Below, in pieces: positions 23,637-37,481 of a DNA stretch of 64,000 nucleotides. Each line of letters starts with the position of its first letter. Positions within the stretch are counted from its first letter, which is position 1. Source of the stretch: Octopus sinensis (taxonomy: Eukaryota); assembly GCF_006345805.1 (NCBI RefSeq), contig NC_043021.1, forward strand, positions 19,282,001-19,346,000. The letters are read 5' to 3'. A program made the translations under genes and the position numbers. The notes under the pieces are model-generated. The model had not been told where the DNA came from. It saw only the letters and a list, made by a program, of their open reading frames with translations, and ran no database searches.

Positions 23637-24526
23637 TGAGGAGACAGACACACACACACACGACGGGCTTCTTTCAGTTTCTGTCTACCAAATCCACTCA
23701 CAATTGGATCTCCCTATTTGCTCGTTAGGCCTCTCTGAGTCTAAAGGGTTTTTTCCCCCCTTTGATTAAAGGGAGATAACCCGTACTCATTAACGTTTTT
23801 TTCGTATTCCTCGAGTTCTAAGCTTTTCCTCACATCTGCGATGTAGATATTTTATAATTTTGTATTCATATATAGAGTCTGACGAGCTGTCCACAAGGCT
23901 TTGGCTTTGTAGGTTCAAAATTTTGGGTAACTCTATATAAAATTTTGTTGTAATATATGTGTTTATATATCATCATCATTATCTGCTTTCCATGCTAGCA
24001 TAGGTCAGACGATTTGACTGAGGACTGGTGAACCAGATGGCTGCACCAGGCTCCAATCTGATCTGGCAGAGTTTCTACAGGTGGATGCCCTTCCTAATGC
24101 CAACCACTCCAAGAGTGTAGTGGGTGCTTTTACGTGTCACTGGCATGAGGGCCAGTCAGGCGGCCATGCTCAAATGGTGTTTTTTTACATGCTGTATATA
24201 TATATTATCATCATCATATGTCCGTTTTCCATGCTAGCATGGGTTGGACGGTTCGACCAGGGGTCTGAGAAGCCAGGAGGCTGCACCATTCTCCAGTCTG
24301 ATCTGGCAGTGTTTTTACAGCTGGATGCCCTTCCTAACACCAACCACTCTGAGTGTAGTGGGTGCTTTTTACGTGCCACCAGCGCAGGGACCAGGGGAGG
24401 CTGACAACGGCCATGATCAGTTGGTGCCTTTTACATGCCACCGGCAGGAGTATCACAACGACAATTCCATTTGATTTTTTATTTTGATGTTGAAGTACTT
24501 GACTCAATAGGTCTCCTCAAGCACAG

Positions 24527-24580
<54 letters not shown>

Positions 24581-24725
24581 GTGTGTGGTGTGTGTGTGTG
24601 GTGAATGAAAGATGGAATACACAAGAATTTATTATTAATCACGACACTTGCCCAAAGTGTCTCACAGTGGGACTGAACCTGGAACCAAGTGGTTGGGGAT
24701 CAAACTTCTTCCATACAGCCTCTTA

Positions 24726-24760
<35 letters not shown>

Positions 24761-24882
24761 GTGGTCAGGTTGGAAGAGAGATCAAAAGAAAAATACCACG
24801 AAAACTATCACCACCACAACAACCCTCCTCTTCTCAGGCGCCGCCGATCAACCCCGTCCCCCCCCACATCTCCTTCCCAGTT

Positions 24883-24970
24883 TTCAGAGTTGGCACTATC
24901 AATGTTGGTACATTGACAGGCAAGTCTAGTGAGATTGTAGAGATGCTAGAGAGAAGACAGGTTGATGTAA
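24883..24970 (+). mobile_element. RTE LINE APE endonuclease N-terminal fragment
   Basis: FRVGTINVGTLTGKSSEIVEMLERRQVDV. Confidence 0.8.
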
Positions 24971-25820
24971 TCCCTGGAGATATGCTGTGACTACAAAGAC
25001 CCGGGCTGCTTTCTGCAGCAATTCACATACCCCCTACCCATTCTAAGTACCCCGGATCCCCAAAGTATCCTGGATCCCCAAAGTACCCCGATCCCCAAAG
25101 TACCCCGGACCTCGTTGCCCCCCGTGCCGCTGACACGTTAAAATGCTCGAACCGATCGTGACGATGCCGGACCCTCCGCCCCTGTGCAGGTGGCACGTAA
25201 AAAGCACCCAATCCACTCACGGAGTGGTGGCGTTAGGAAGGGCATCCAGCCGTAGAAACTCTGCCAGATTCAGATGGAGCCTGGTGCGGCCCCTGGCTTC
25301 CCAGACCCGGTCGAACCGTCCAACCCGTGCTAGCGCGGAAAGCGGACGTTAAACGATGATGATGATGATGATTATATAATATGTTCTGTCTGTCTGTCTG
25401 TGTGTCTGCTAGGATTTTGGGCATCCTCCATCCGATTGCGCTCAAATTTGATCTGTAGATACCGACAGTATCAGGGCGTGTATAAGTCTTGAAAAAATTA
25501 CAAAGTTCAATTCCAGGTGAGAATGCAATCGATAAAGCCGTGGGAACGTGCATTTGTATGCGCAAGTACATCAGCTGTTGCGATGTACTTACTGTTACTT
25601 TAAACTCTTTGGTTGCATATTTGTGTGAATAAAATCGTTTTTCTTTGGAATAAAAAAAAGTCTATCGTTATTTCTTCTTTTGCTGGTGTCTCAAATTTAG
25701 GTTAAATCAATGTTTCTTAAAGGGGAGGCCTATGGGACGGTCGGACAAGTTGTTTTGAGAAAATTTGGTTTAAATGTTTGACAACTGAGCACCGTCCATT
25801 GGACAGGGGTGTGTTTTGCT

Positions 25821-25859
<39 letters not shown>

Positions 25860-25888
25860 TTAATATGAAATTATACTTTTGTTTTCAG

Positions 25889-26047
25889 ATGGTGCAAGAG
25901 GTGTTGACAAATCTGTTGATTTCCCATGTGGCCATAAGAATGGAGGAGAGTCCTGATGTGAAGATCTACTCAAACGAGCGTAAAGTCGAAAAGATTGTCG
26001 TGCCCCTGGGATCAGAAATTGATGCGATCGATAAGAAATATGTTGAG
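25889..26047 (+). CDS. FANCM: FANCM exon 4
   Basis: ttttcag| MVQEVLTNLLISHVAIRMEESPDV...KKYVE |gtttga; 159 nt. Confidence 0.95.
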
Positions 26048-26781
26048 GTTTGAATCAGAGATTTTCTTTTGCTCTCCATTTTTCTTTTTTTTATGTAAAG
26101 GAGGGGTTGACAATAAAGCCACGTAATTATGAAGCAAACTTTGGAAGTGTGGGGATCGGTCCATCTTCCATGCATGGATAGGATGGTTCACAGGAGGTGG
26201 CCGGGTAGTAAAAATGACCCTATGCTATTCTGTCTGTTTTGGCAGGGTTTTTATGGCTGGATGCCCTTCCTAACACCAACCACTCCACAGAGTGGACTTA
26301 GTGCTTATTATGTGTCACTAGCATAAGTGAGGTTAGTTTTGGTGTGATTGTTACAGCTGGATGCCCTTCCAAATGCTAACCACTTTATAGTGTGGACTGG
26401 GTGCTTTTTATGTGGCACCAGCACTGGCAGGGTCACCAAGTACCTCGCAAGCCAAGGGATTATGAGAAGTGCAGGGGCATTTGAGGAGGGGGAACTTGAA
26501 GGTTACTCGGGTGGTTTCCTATTAGAGGAAACTTTGGGAAGGATGTGAAATGGAATATCAGAAGGCTTAATTACGGTTGTGTCTCAGAAGGCTTAATCAA
26601 GGTGATATTTCACATCAGTGAAAAACAACAAGATGTTACTAAAATATATTTGATTTATTTTATCATATGTGGACAAGAGATGACTAATGGCTCTGTGTGT
26701 GTGTGTGTGTGTGTGAATCAGATTTATAATTTACTTTTGTGCTAAAACCATTTGGGTTAATATAAGTTATATAGTAGTAGT

Positions 26782-27116
26782 GAAGGCGCATGGCTCAGTG
26801 GTTAGAGTGTTGAGCTTACGATTGTGAGGTTGTGAGTTCGAATCCCGGACCAGGCTGCATGTTGTGTTTTTGAGCAAGACACTTTATTTCACGTTGCTCC
26901 AGTTGACTCAGCTGTAGAAATGAGTTGCGACGTCATTGGTGCCAAGCTATATCGGCCCCTTTGCCTTTTCCTTGGATAACACTGGGGGCGTGGAAAGGGG
27001 AGGCTGGTATGCATGGGTGATTCTGGTCTTCCATAAACAACCTTGCCCGGACTTGTACCTGGGAGGATAACTTTCTAGATGCAATCCCATGGTCAGTCAT
27101 GACTGAAGGGAGTCTC
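26782..27116 (+). mobile_element. tRNA-derived SINE, second family
   Basis: TGGCTCAGTGG A-box, GAGTTCGAATCCC B-box, ttgagcaagacactttatttcacgttgctcc core. Reverse copies at 6735-6970 and 55051-55385; the latter is flanked by a cgtaccacta direct repeat. Confidence 0.85.
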
Positions 27117-27570
27117 AGTAGTGGAGCATAGTTGGTGGAAACACATCAGAATTTCTCAATATAGCTGCAGGTGTTGACAGTTCACCAGTTGGTCACTGAC
27201 TAACTAAAAAAGTATAGTTCTCTCTAAGGCTGAGAACCGTCTGGCTGATATTACTGTGCCTTAGCTCTGATTGGTTGGCTGCCTTAGCACTACTGTGCTA
27301 CTACGGGGGTTTGCGCTAGCTTATCTGATTCACTACAAACTCTTGTCAGAGGATGAAATATCTCTCTTTACTTGTTTCAGTCATTTGACCGTGGCTATGC
27401 TGGAGCGCTGCCTTTAGTCGAGGAAATTGACCGCAGGACTTATTCTTTGTAAGCCTAGTACATAGTCTATCAGTCTCTTTTGCCGAACCGCTAAGTTACG
27501 GGGGATGTAAACACACCAGCATTGGTTGTCAAGCGATGTTGGGGGGACAAACACAGACACACAAACATAT

Positions 27571-27629
<59 letters not shown>

Positions 27630-27814
27630 GCTTCTTTTAGTTTCCGTCTACCAAATCCACTTACAAGGCTTTGGTCAGCCTGAGGCTATAGTAGAAGACA
27701 CTTGCCCAAGGTGCCATGTAGTTGGACTGAACACAGAACCATGTGGTTGGTAAACAAGCTACTTACCACACAGGCACTCCTGCATCTATCTATTAACGTT
27801 TGTTCTATTCCCAG

Positions 27815-27946
27815 GTCCTGGAATCAGTGATGCACCGGTTGATGTGTCGAAAGTTGCTCTACCGAGTCACTGCTCAAACTGTGTCCAAGTTTACTGTACT
27901 CAAGGCTCGGGATGCTTTCAGACAGAAACCTCCTCAAAACCTCTCG
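27815..27946 (+). CDS. FANCM: FANCM exon 5
   Basis: cccag| VLESVMHRLMCRKLLY...ARDAFRQKPPQNLS |gtaagc; 132 nt. Confidence 0.93.
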
Positions 27947-28899
27947 GTAAGCCTTCTATTCTTTATACACATGAACCTGTATTTTAGACATACATATCTG
28001 TCTGTTTGTCTGTCTATATAAATATAAATGTATCTCTGAATGTTTGTATCAGGTTGAGTAAAAAGTAAGCAACGTTTTGAACCATGAAGAATTTGTACTG
28101 GATTTTTGCTGAGTTTTGAATTTTTTTTAAAGCATTTTTTTGCAATTGCCTGATAATACAGACATAGACTTGCCTAATCTATATCATCATCATCATCGTG
28201 TAACGTCCGTTCTCCATGCTAGCATGGGTTGGACGGTTCGACTGGGGATCTGGGGAGCCAGAAGGCTGCACCAGGCTCCGGTCTTATCTGGCAATGTTTC
28301 TACAGCTGGATGCCCTTCCTAACGCCAATCACTCCGTGAGTGTAGTGGGTGCTTTTTACGTGCCACCTGCACTGGTGCCAGGCGAGGCTGGCATCGGCCA
28401 CGGTCGGATTGGTGCATTTTACGTGCCACTGGCACGGAAGCCAGTCGAGGTGGCACTGGCTTCGGCCACGATTCGGATGGTGCTTTTTACGTACCACCGA
28501 AATGTGTGTGTGTGTATTTGTATAAGTATTAATGTATATATATAGTTGTACATGTTCGAATGTTAACTCAGAACAACACTAAAGTGACATGACTAGGACA
28601 CAGCAAACTGGTTTTGTCTGATATTTTACCAATTCTGTTTTCTATTCTTCTAATTGTAATAACAATAAAGTTCTACCAGTGGAGGTGATCTTGGGTCAGA
28701 TGATGAAAGGTTAGAGTGTGAGAGAGAGGCAGGAACAGATGTTTTGCTGTAGAGGAGTTCCATGGTTACTCAGCCAGAGAAAGGGAGAGATAGAGAGAGG
28801 GGAAGAGAAAGAGAGAGAAAAAGAGCGAGGGTTAGCTAGAATGAGGGCAGAAACGGTTACCTAGAGAGAGAAGAAATGGGAGTTATCTGATTCTGCCCT

Positions 28900-29425
28900 C
28901 ATTCTTCATTCATTCATTGTTCGACTGTGGTCGAGACAATGGAATTTACTATTCTACGCCAGACTTCACAGTCCATCATAGCATTACGGAGGTCCTGTTG
29001 CTGGATGCCTGTATCCCTGGAGATTACATCAGGGTAGGAGAGTGTGCACCCTCTGGTATCGCGAGCAGATGGCTTCCAGAGGAGAAGAGTAGAAATTACC
29101 TCGTTTTCAGCTCTACAACAATGTCCAGCAAACTGGACTCTTCTGCCGTTCACAAGAGATGATACAGGTGCTAGTTTCCCATATATTTGTACTTTGATTG
29201 GATGACGCTTCCACGAGAGATTTTGAGCTCTCATAAGGAGGCAAGTGTAAGTTCCATCCAACCGCCTCTTGAGCTTCTTTGATAACGTCCAGGTTTCTGA
29301 GCCATATAGTAGAACTGGTTCGACCTGTGGCTTTGAAGATTTTAAGTTTGAAATCTCTATTTAGATTTGATGACCAGATCTTATGCATATCATTACAGGC
29401 TGACCAGGCCATACCCTTTCTAGTT
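28900..29425 (-). mobile_element. 3' fragment of a second LINE family (RTE/RTE-X-like) with an (ATGA)n tail
   Basis: KIWSSNLNRDFKLKIFKAT / DGTYTCLLMRAQNLSWKRHP...RRVQFAGHC...LLLWKP; frameshifted. Confidence 0.8.
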
Positions 29426-29712
29426 AGAAAATCTTTTTGGCATTAGGAAGGGCATCCAGCTGTAGAAACACTGCCAGATCAGACTGGGCCTGGCGCAGCC
29501 TTCTGGCTTCCCAGACCCCAGTTGAACCGTCCAACCCATGCTAGCATGGAAAATGGACGTTAAACGATGATGATGATGATGATATATATGACCCAAGATA
29601 TTTGTAATCAGAAACCATATTTAAGAGCGTATTGTTGCCCTCATTCTTGTTAAGTATGTAACGGAAAACTGTAAGGCATTTTATGGTGTGTTGCTGTCTC
29701 TTCTGTTTGCAG

Positions 29713-29924
29713 CCCAGCATGATGGGGAGTATTGAGGGAGACTTTGGTCTGTTAATAAGTCTTTGCCATGGCCACGAGTTGCTACAGCTCCACGGTCTAC
29801 GTTCCTTCTACCAGTATATAGCCAATATGATGGACACCGGCAGTGGCAGGTCACGACAGGAGCTTTTCAAGAATCCAGCATTTGTTGAGATTTACGAACA
29901 ACTTCAGAAAGAATATGGAGGACA
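29713..29924 (+). CDS. FANCM: FANCM exon 6 (helicase insertion domain)
   Basis: ttgcag| PSMMGSIEGDFGLLISLCHGHELLQLHGLRSFY... CA|gtgaga (phase 2). Confidence 0.92.
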
Positions 29925-30835
29925 GTGAGATATCTTTTTTTTATAGTTCTTCTTTATACACGTCATGCTTTCATAGTTTTTATTTTCACAATGCACATAC
30001 ACACATATGCATGTACATACATCATGCACTCAAGCCCAAGCACACACACATGTCTCACACATATACATATGCACATATGCTTCCCAACCATGCAGCCTTG
30101 GGTTCAGTTCCACTGCACTGCACCTTGGGCCCGTGTCTTCTGCTATAGCTCCCAGGGACAACCAAAGCCTTGTGAGTGGATTTGGTACTCAGAAACAGAA
30201 AATTGCTTGTATATAATATGAGTGTGTGTGTGTGTATATATCATAGAGCATCCAGCTGTAGAAACTTTGCTAGATCAGATTGAGCTTGGTGCAGCCTCTG
30301 GCTCACCAGTCCTCAGTCAAACCGTCCAACCCATGCCAGCATGGAAAGTGGATGTTAAATGATGATGATATATATATATATGTATGTATGTATCATCTAT
30401 GTAGGTGCAGGCATGGTTGTGTGTTAAGAAGCTTGTTTCGCAGTCACATGGTTCCCAGGCGGTTCTAGCAATGGCCATGCTCAAAAGGTGGTTTTACGTG
30501 CTACCTGCATGGGACCAGTCCGGTGGCACTGGTAACAACCACACTCAAATGTTCTTTTTCATGTACCACCGACACATGTGCAGGTAAAGCGACACTGGCA
30601 ACGATTTCGCTTGAACAGTGCTTTTCACGTGTCACTGGCACAGGACCCAGTCCGTGGCCCTGGCAACAGTCACACTCGGATGTGCTTTTAATGTTCCACT
30701 GGCACTAGGCTTCTTTCAGTTTCTGTCTACCAAATCCACTCACAAGGCTTTGGTCAGCCTGAGGCTATAGGGATATAGTAAGAGACACTTGCCAAGGGTG
30801 CCATGCAAAGGGACTGAAACTGGAATCATGCGGTT

Positions 30836-30887
<52 letters not shown>

Positions 30888-31407
30888 TATACACTCACAC
30901 AATGGGCTTCTTTCAGTTTCTTCTTGATTGCCCACAAGGGGCTAAACATAGAGGGAACAAACAAGGACAGACAGAGGGATTAAGTCGATTACATCAACCC
31001 CAGTGCGTAACTGGTACTTAATTTATTGACCCCGAAAGGATGAAAGGCAAAGTTGGCCTCGGCGGAATTTGAACTCAGAGCGTAACAGCAGATGGAATAC
31101 CGCTAAGCATTTTGCCCGGCATGCTAATGTTTCTGCCAGCATGCCACCTTCTTTCAGTTTCTGTCTACCAAATCCACTCACAAGGCTTTGGTTGATCTGA
31201 GGCTATAGTAGAAGACAATTGCCCAAGGTTGACATGCAGTGGGACTGAACCTGGAGCCATGTGGTTGGTAAGCAAGCTTCTTATCACACAGCCACACGTA
31301 CGTCTACATAGATGATTCAAGGACCCAGCATGGCCGCAGTCTAAAGCCTGAAACAATTAAAAGAGAAAAGATGTATGTGTGTGTGCATGCATGTGTTTGT
31401 GTGTGTG

Positions 31408-31445
<38 letters not shown>

Positions 31446-32253
31446 CTTTGATGTTATGTGATTGCTGTAAGCATCACTCTCACACAAGCGGGGCCCATTT
31501 TTCTGTCTCTCATGAAAAACTGTTTCCGCTTTGGGCAAATATTACCTTGCTTGGAAACAGGTGATAATTAGCAACTGGAAGGGCTTTGAAAGTAAACCTT
31601 AAAGCGATGACGACAACAACAACAATGATGATGATGATGATGATGATGACGGCGATGATGGTGGCAGTGGCTGCTGGTGCAGCCTTGTTTGTTTGTTGAG
31701 CGAAGCGGTCTTCGTCCCGTTTGTAGTGGGAGAAGTCCGAAACGTGGTCCTTTGCTATTCGTAAGACCCGCAGAAGAGAAAGCAGGTCAACCCCCCCGAC
31801 ACCGAGAGCATTGACGGATGGATGAATGTGCATCCATGCTCAGCGGATGCGTAGGAAGTCGGGGACAAGAAACAGGAAGGAAGAGTGAGAGAAAGTTGGG
31901 GCGAAAGAGTACAACAGGGGTTGCCACCACCCCCTGCCGGAGCCTCGTGGAGCTTTAGGTGTTTTCGCTCAATAAACACACACACAACGCCTGGTCTGGG
32001 AATCGAAACCGCGATCCTCCGACCGCGAGTCTGCTGCCCTAACCATTGGGCCATTGCACCTCCATTTGCTGCTGCTGTGGTTGTGGCTACAACTTTACCC
32101 ATCTCTGACTTTACCGAAGTTCCCTCAGCTGCCCCCATTCAGACCAGAATTTCAGGTCTTTCATCCTCCCACACATTCACAGACATTAATTAGTTTGAAG
32201 ACTTGTTCTAAACGAGTGAATATGTTTGTTGACCATTTCTTCTTTCTCTGCAG

Positions 32254-32372
32254 GAATATATCTTTCACCCAAATGTCAACACAGCAGAAGGCCGTTCCCT
32301 ATGTCCTTGGTCATCCCAAGTTAGAAAAGTTGTTGGAAATTGTGGTCAGTCATTTCAAGAATTTCCAAAAAG
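32254..32372 (+). CDS. FANCM: FANCM exon 7
   Basis: ctgcag| ...GHPKLEKLLEIVVSHFK... |gtatga; phase 2 to phase 1. Confidence 0.93.
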
Positions 32373-32446
32373 GTATGACACATACACAAAAACAAATGAT
32401 TAGAATTTAAAATTTCTTTCCACTTTATCTTTTACAGTGTGTGTGT

Positions 32447-33129
32447 GTGTCTCTCTCTCTCTCCTCTCACTTCCACTCTCTTTCTATGACTTCCACTCCC
32501 TCTTTCTCACTTCCACTCTCTCTCTATGACTTCCACTTCCACTCCCTCTTACTTCCACTCTCCCACTTCCACTCCCTCTTACTTCCACTCTCTCTCACTT
32601 CCACTCCGTCTTTCTCACTCCCACTCTCTCTATGACTTCCACTCTCCCTCTCACTTCCACTCCCTCTTACTTCCAATCTCTTTCACTTCCACTCTCCCTC
32701 ACTTCCACTCCCTCTCACTTTCACTCTCTCTATGACTTCCACTCTCTCTCTCTCTCACACTTCCACTTTCTCTCTCCCACTTCCACTCCCTCTTTCTCAC
32801 TTCCACTCTCTCTTTCTGACTTCCACTCTCTCTTTCTCACTTCCACTCTCTCTCCCACTTCCACTGTCTCTGCCACTCCCTCCAATTCTTACTCTCTCTT
32901 TTGTTTCCCCCTTTTGCTAACTCTCATGGTACCCCTCTCTAACACATTCTTTCCTATCTACTACTCTCTCTCTCACTATCACTCTTTCCTCTCTCCTTTT
33001 ACCTTTCACTCTCCCCTCTAATTCTCACTCTTTCCTATCTATCAACTCTCATTCTCTCTCTCTCTCTCTCAAACTCTCACTCTTCTGTCTCCTACCTCTC
33101 ACACTTACTCCCACTAACTCTTACTCACA

Positions 33130-33160
<31 letters not shown>

Positions 33161-33185
33161 ATTCTCTCTCTTGTTGCCTCTTCTT
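32447..33185. repeat. Polypyrimidine (ACTTCC/CT)n low-complexity tract
   Basis: About 740 bp of acttccactc and ctctct variants directly before exon 8. Confidence 0.9.
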
Positions 33186-33188
33186 CAG

Positions 33189-33358
33189 AGAATGATAACC
33201 TGGAGACCCGTGTGATGATTTTCTCTCAGTACCGAAACAGCGTGACTGACATTGCTGATATGTTGAAACGAGAGCGACCCCTAATTAAAGCAATGAGTTT
33301 CATTGGTCAGTCTGTTGGCAAGAACACGAAGGGATTCACGCAAAAGGAACAAATTAAG
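33189..33358 (+). CDS. FANCM: FANCM exon 8 (motif IV)
   Basis: ttcag| ..TRVMIFSQYRNSV...FIGQSVGKNTKGFTQKEQIK |gtaaga. Not in the ORF track but in phase with its neighbours. Confidence 0.95.
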
Positions 33359-35877
33359 GTAAGATAATCCTTTAAACCAGTGGATCTCAACTGGGGTCCA
33401 TATGACTGCTTTTGGGCATCCATATGGCCCTTGGGTCTCCACAAGGTCCTTAGGGGTCTATATAAGATTTTGTTATCTGTAATAAATTTGCTATACTTCT
33501 ACAGTTCACGAAATCATCATCATCATCATCATCGTTTAACGTCCGTTTTCCGCGCTAGCACGGGTTGGAAGAATATTTTAACAATTTTTTAAAATACAAT
33601 ATTTAATTTAAAAAAACCATCATCGTTGCCAGAGCAGCCAACTGGCTTCCGTGCCAGTGGCACGTAAAAGGGCATCATTCGAGCGTGATCGTTACCAAAG
33701 TCGCCTTACTGGCACCTGTGCTGGTGGCATGTGTAAAAGGATTCGAGCGAATCCGTAGCCAGTACCGCCTGACTGACCCCCGTGCCGGTGGCATTTAAAA
33801 AGCACCCACTACACTCTCGGAGTGGTTGGCATTAGGAAGGGCATCCAGCTGTAGAAACTCTGTCAAATCAAGATTGTAGCCTGGTGCAACATTCTGGTTC
33901 GCCAGCCCTCAGTCAAAATCGTCCAACCCCTGCTAGCATGGAAAGCGGACGTTAATGATGATCATCATTTAGTGTCTGCTTTCCATGCTGACAGGGGTTA
34001 GACAGTTTGATTGGAACTGGTAAGCCAGAGAGCTGTGCTGGGTTCCAGTCTGTTTCGGCTTGGTTTCTGCAGCTGGATGCTCTTCCTGACACCAACCACT
34101 CCATAGAGTGTAGTGGGTGCTTTTTATGTTTTACCTGCATGGGTGCTTTTCCATGTCACCAGCACCAGCCACAACTACAATTTCATCTGGCTTGACGAGT
34201 CTTCTCAAGCACACAGCAAATCACTAAAGGTCTTGATCATTTGTCATTGCCTCCGTGTCTCCCAACATTCGAAGATCATGCTTCACCACCTCATCCTCTG
34301 TCTTCCTGGGTCTACATCTTCCACACATTCCCTCCACAGTTAGCGATCAGCACTTCTTTATGCAGCTGTCCTCGTCCATACACATCATATGACCATACCA
34401 GCACAGTCTTCTCTCTTGCACATCACATCCGAAGCCTCTTATGCCCAACTTTTCTTTCAAGATGCTTACACTCTGTTATACAAATATAATGAAAATCCAA
34501 ATCAAAATTGAAATCGATCAACATCAATGGAAATTGCAGCTGTGATACCAGTGCCGGTGGTACGTAAGAGAACCATCCGAACATGGCCATTGCCAGTTCC
34601 ACCCCGACTGGCCTCCGTGCTGGTGGCACATAAAAAGCACCATCTGATCGTGGCCATTTGCCAGCCGCGTCTGGCACCTGTGCCGGTGGCATGTAAAAAG
34701 CGCCCACTACACTCACGGAGTGGTTGGCGTTAGGAAGGGCATCCAGCTGTAGAAACATTGCCAGATCAGACTGGTGCAGCCTTCTGGCTTCCCAGACCCC
34801 AGTTGAACCGTCCAACCCATGCTAGCATGGAAAGCGGATGCTAAACGATGATGATGATGATGATGATATGATAATGTGTCTTGAATGGCACAACAATGCA
34901 GAGTAGACTATAATCATCATCATCATCATCGTCGTGAGGGTTGGCAACGGGAAGGGCATCTAGCTGTAGGAAATTCACTTCAGCAAATTCCCTTTGACCC
35001 ATGCAAGTATAGAAAAGGGGACATTAAAATGATAATGTTGATGCTCACAACTCTTGCTATGTGCAATGTCTATCTAGCACCACTTGCAAAAATAATTTCT
35101 CTCTTCTCAACAAAGGGTTCCTTAATGAAGCATTAGATTTCTTATTTCTTTACTGTCCACAAGGGGCTAAACACAGAGGGGACAAACAAGGACAGATAAA
35201 GGGATTAAGTCGATTACATCAACCCTAGTGCATAAATGGTACTTATTTAATCGACCCTGAAAGGATGACAGGCTAAGTCGACCTTGGCGGAATTTGAACT
35301 CAGAGCGTAATGGCAGACGAAATAAAAATATATTTCTTTATTGCCCACAAAGGGCTAAACACAGAGAGAACAAACAAGGACAGACATAGGTATTAAGTCG
35401 ATTACATTGACCCCATTGAGTAACTGGTACTTATTTAATCGACCCCGAAAGGATGAAAGGCTAAGTCGACCTCGGCAGAATTTGAACTCAGAACGTAGCG
35501 GCAGACAAAATACCTATTTCTTTATTACCCACAAGGGGCTAAACACAGAGGGGACAAACAAGGACAGACATAGGTATTAAGTCGATTAATCGACCCCAGT
35601 GCGTAACTGGTACTTAATTTATCGACCCCGAAAGGATGAAAGGCAAAGTCGATCTCGGCGGAATTTGAACTCAGAACGTAGCGGCAGACGAAATACCGCT
35701 AAGCATTTCACCTAGCATGCTAACGTTTCTGCCAGCTGGCCGCCTAAGCAATAGATTTCTATTCTTCATCACAGCAAAACAATTCATTCCACTGTATTAA
35801 ATTTCTGTTAACGATATGTTGTTGTTGCTTTTGAAATTTTAATTTTCCATCTTGTCACTGATAATTTTACACTTCAG

Positions 35878-36084
35878 GTGATGAAAGAGTTCCGAGAGGG
35901 GGGTTATAACACCTTGATTGCGACATGCATTGGAGAAGAAGGTCTGGACATTGGAGATGTGGACCTTATAATATGCTTCGACACATGCAAAAGCCCCGTT
36001 CGTTTTGTCCAAAGAATGGGGAGAACAGGACGGAAGCGAGATGGAAAAATCATAATGCTGATCACGAAAGGCAAAGAAGAGCAA
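35878..36084 (+). CDS. FANCM: FANCM exon 9 (motifs V and VI)
   Basis: ttcag| [29 protein letters not shown]...[12 protein letters not shown]... |gtgagt; 207 nt. Confidence 0.97.
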
Positions 36085-36346
36085 GTGAGTACCTTCATCT
36101 TTCTTATATTTCTACCTTTAATATGTAAGGGTATGTACCCTCTCTCTCTTTCGGAGAGGCACTGAGCAGCTATACGCACACATACACACACGGCAGTAAC
36201 TACCGCCTACCGAATTCAATCACAAAGCTCCGGTCTCTTTTTTGCCGAGCCGCTAAGTTACGGGAATGTAAACACACCAGCATCGGTTGTCAAGTGATGT
36301 TGGGGGAACAAGCACAGATACACAAACACATACACACACACATACA

Positions 36347-36406
<60 letters not shown>

Positions 36407-36705
36407 GCTTCTTTCAGTTTCCGTCTACCAAATCCACTCACAAGGCTTTGTTCAGCCCGAGGCTATAGTAGAGGACATTTGCCCAAGCTGCCACACAATG
36501 GGACTAAACCTGTAACCATGTGGTTGGTAAGCAAGCTACTTACCACACAGCCACTCCTGCAACTATCTACTGTCTGTCTACCAATCCTTCTGTCTACTAA
36601 TTTCATTCACCATCTTCACATATGTGTTTCTGTGTATGTTTGTATGCATTATGTGTGTGTGTCTGTGATATAACTGATATATTGCCATCCTTTTTATCTC
36701 ACCAG

Positions 36706-36910
36706 ATGTACAACCAAGCTCGCTATCAATGGAATAGTCTCAATAAGTCTCTCAGCAACAAACGTGGACAACTGGTCTTTTATAATCACCAACCGATCAT
36801 CTTTCCAGAAGGTTTGGTGCCTCGCTGTCACAAAACCAATATTGTTGTCAAAGAGTCATTCCAGAGTATACACGGTCCAAAGGAGAAGAAACTGAAGAAA
36901 TCATCCCTGA
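36706..36910 (+). CDS. FANCM: FANCM exon 10
   Basis: accag| MYNQARYQWNS...FYNHQPIIFPEGLVPRCHK... A|gtgagt. Confidence 0.9.
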
Positions 36911-37481
36911 GTGAGTATTTTTGATTATATATAGGTGCAGGAGTGGCTGTGTGGTAAGTAGCTTCCTTACCAACCACAAGGTTCTGGGTTCAGTCCCACT
37001 GCACGGCACCTTGGGCAATAGCCTTGGGCCGACCAAAGCCTTATGAGTAGATTTGGTAGACGGAAACTGAAAGAAGTCCATTGTGTATATATATATATGT
37101 ATGTATGTATGTGTGTATGTATGTTTGTGTGTCTGTGCTTGTTCCCCCAACATCGCTTGACAACTGATGCTGGTGTGTTTACGTCCCCATAACTTAGCGG
37201 TTCAGCAAAAGAGACCAATAGAATAAGTACTAGGCTTATAAAGAATAAGTCCTGGGGTCGATTTTCTCGACTAAAGTCGGTGCTCCAGCATGGCCACAGT
37301 CAAATGACTGAAACAAGTAAAAGAGAAAAAAGAGAGAGCCACGGGCTAAAATCTGCCTCGCTCCATCACTGCAGCTATCTCTCAGCCTCCATGCCATCAT
37401 TAAGTCTATACCAGGCTTGGGCAATCTTTTTCAAGAAGGGGGCTGCATGAAACATGGTTCATCATCAGGTGGGCCACATCA

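Noticed and set aside
37440-37475. CUGAUGA on the minus strand followed by a short stem
   Set aside because: No GAAA after the stem, so not a hammerhead.
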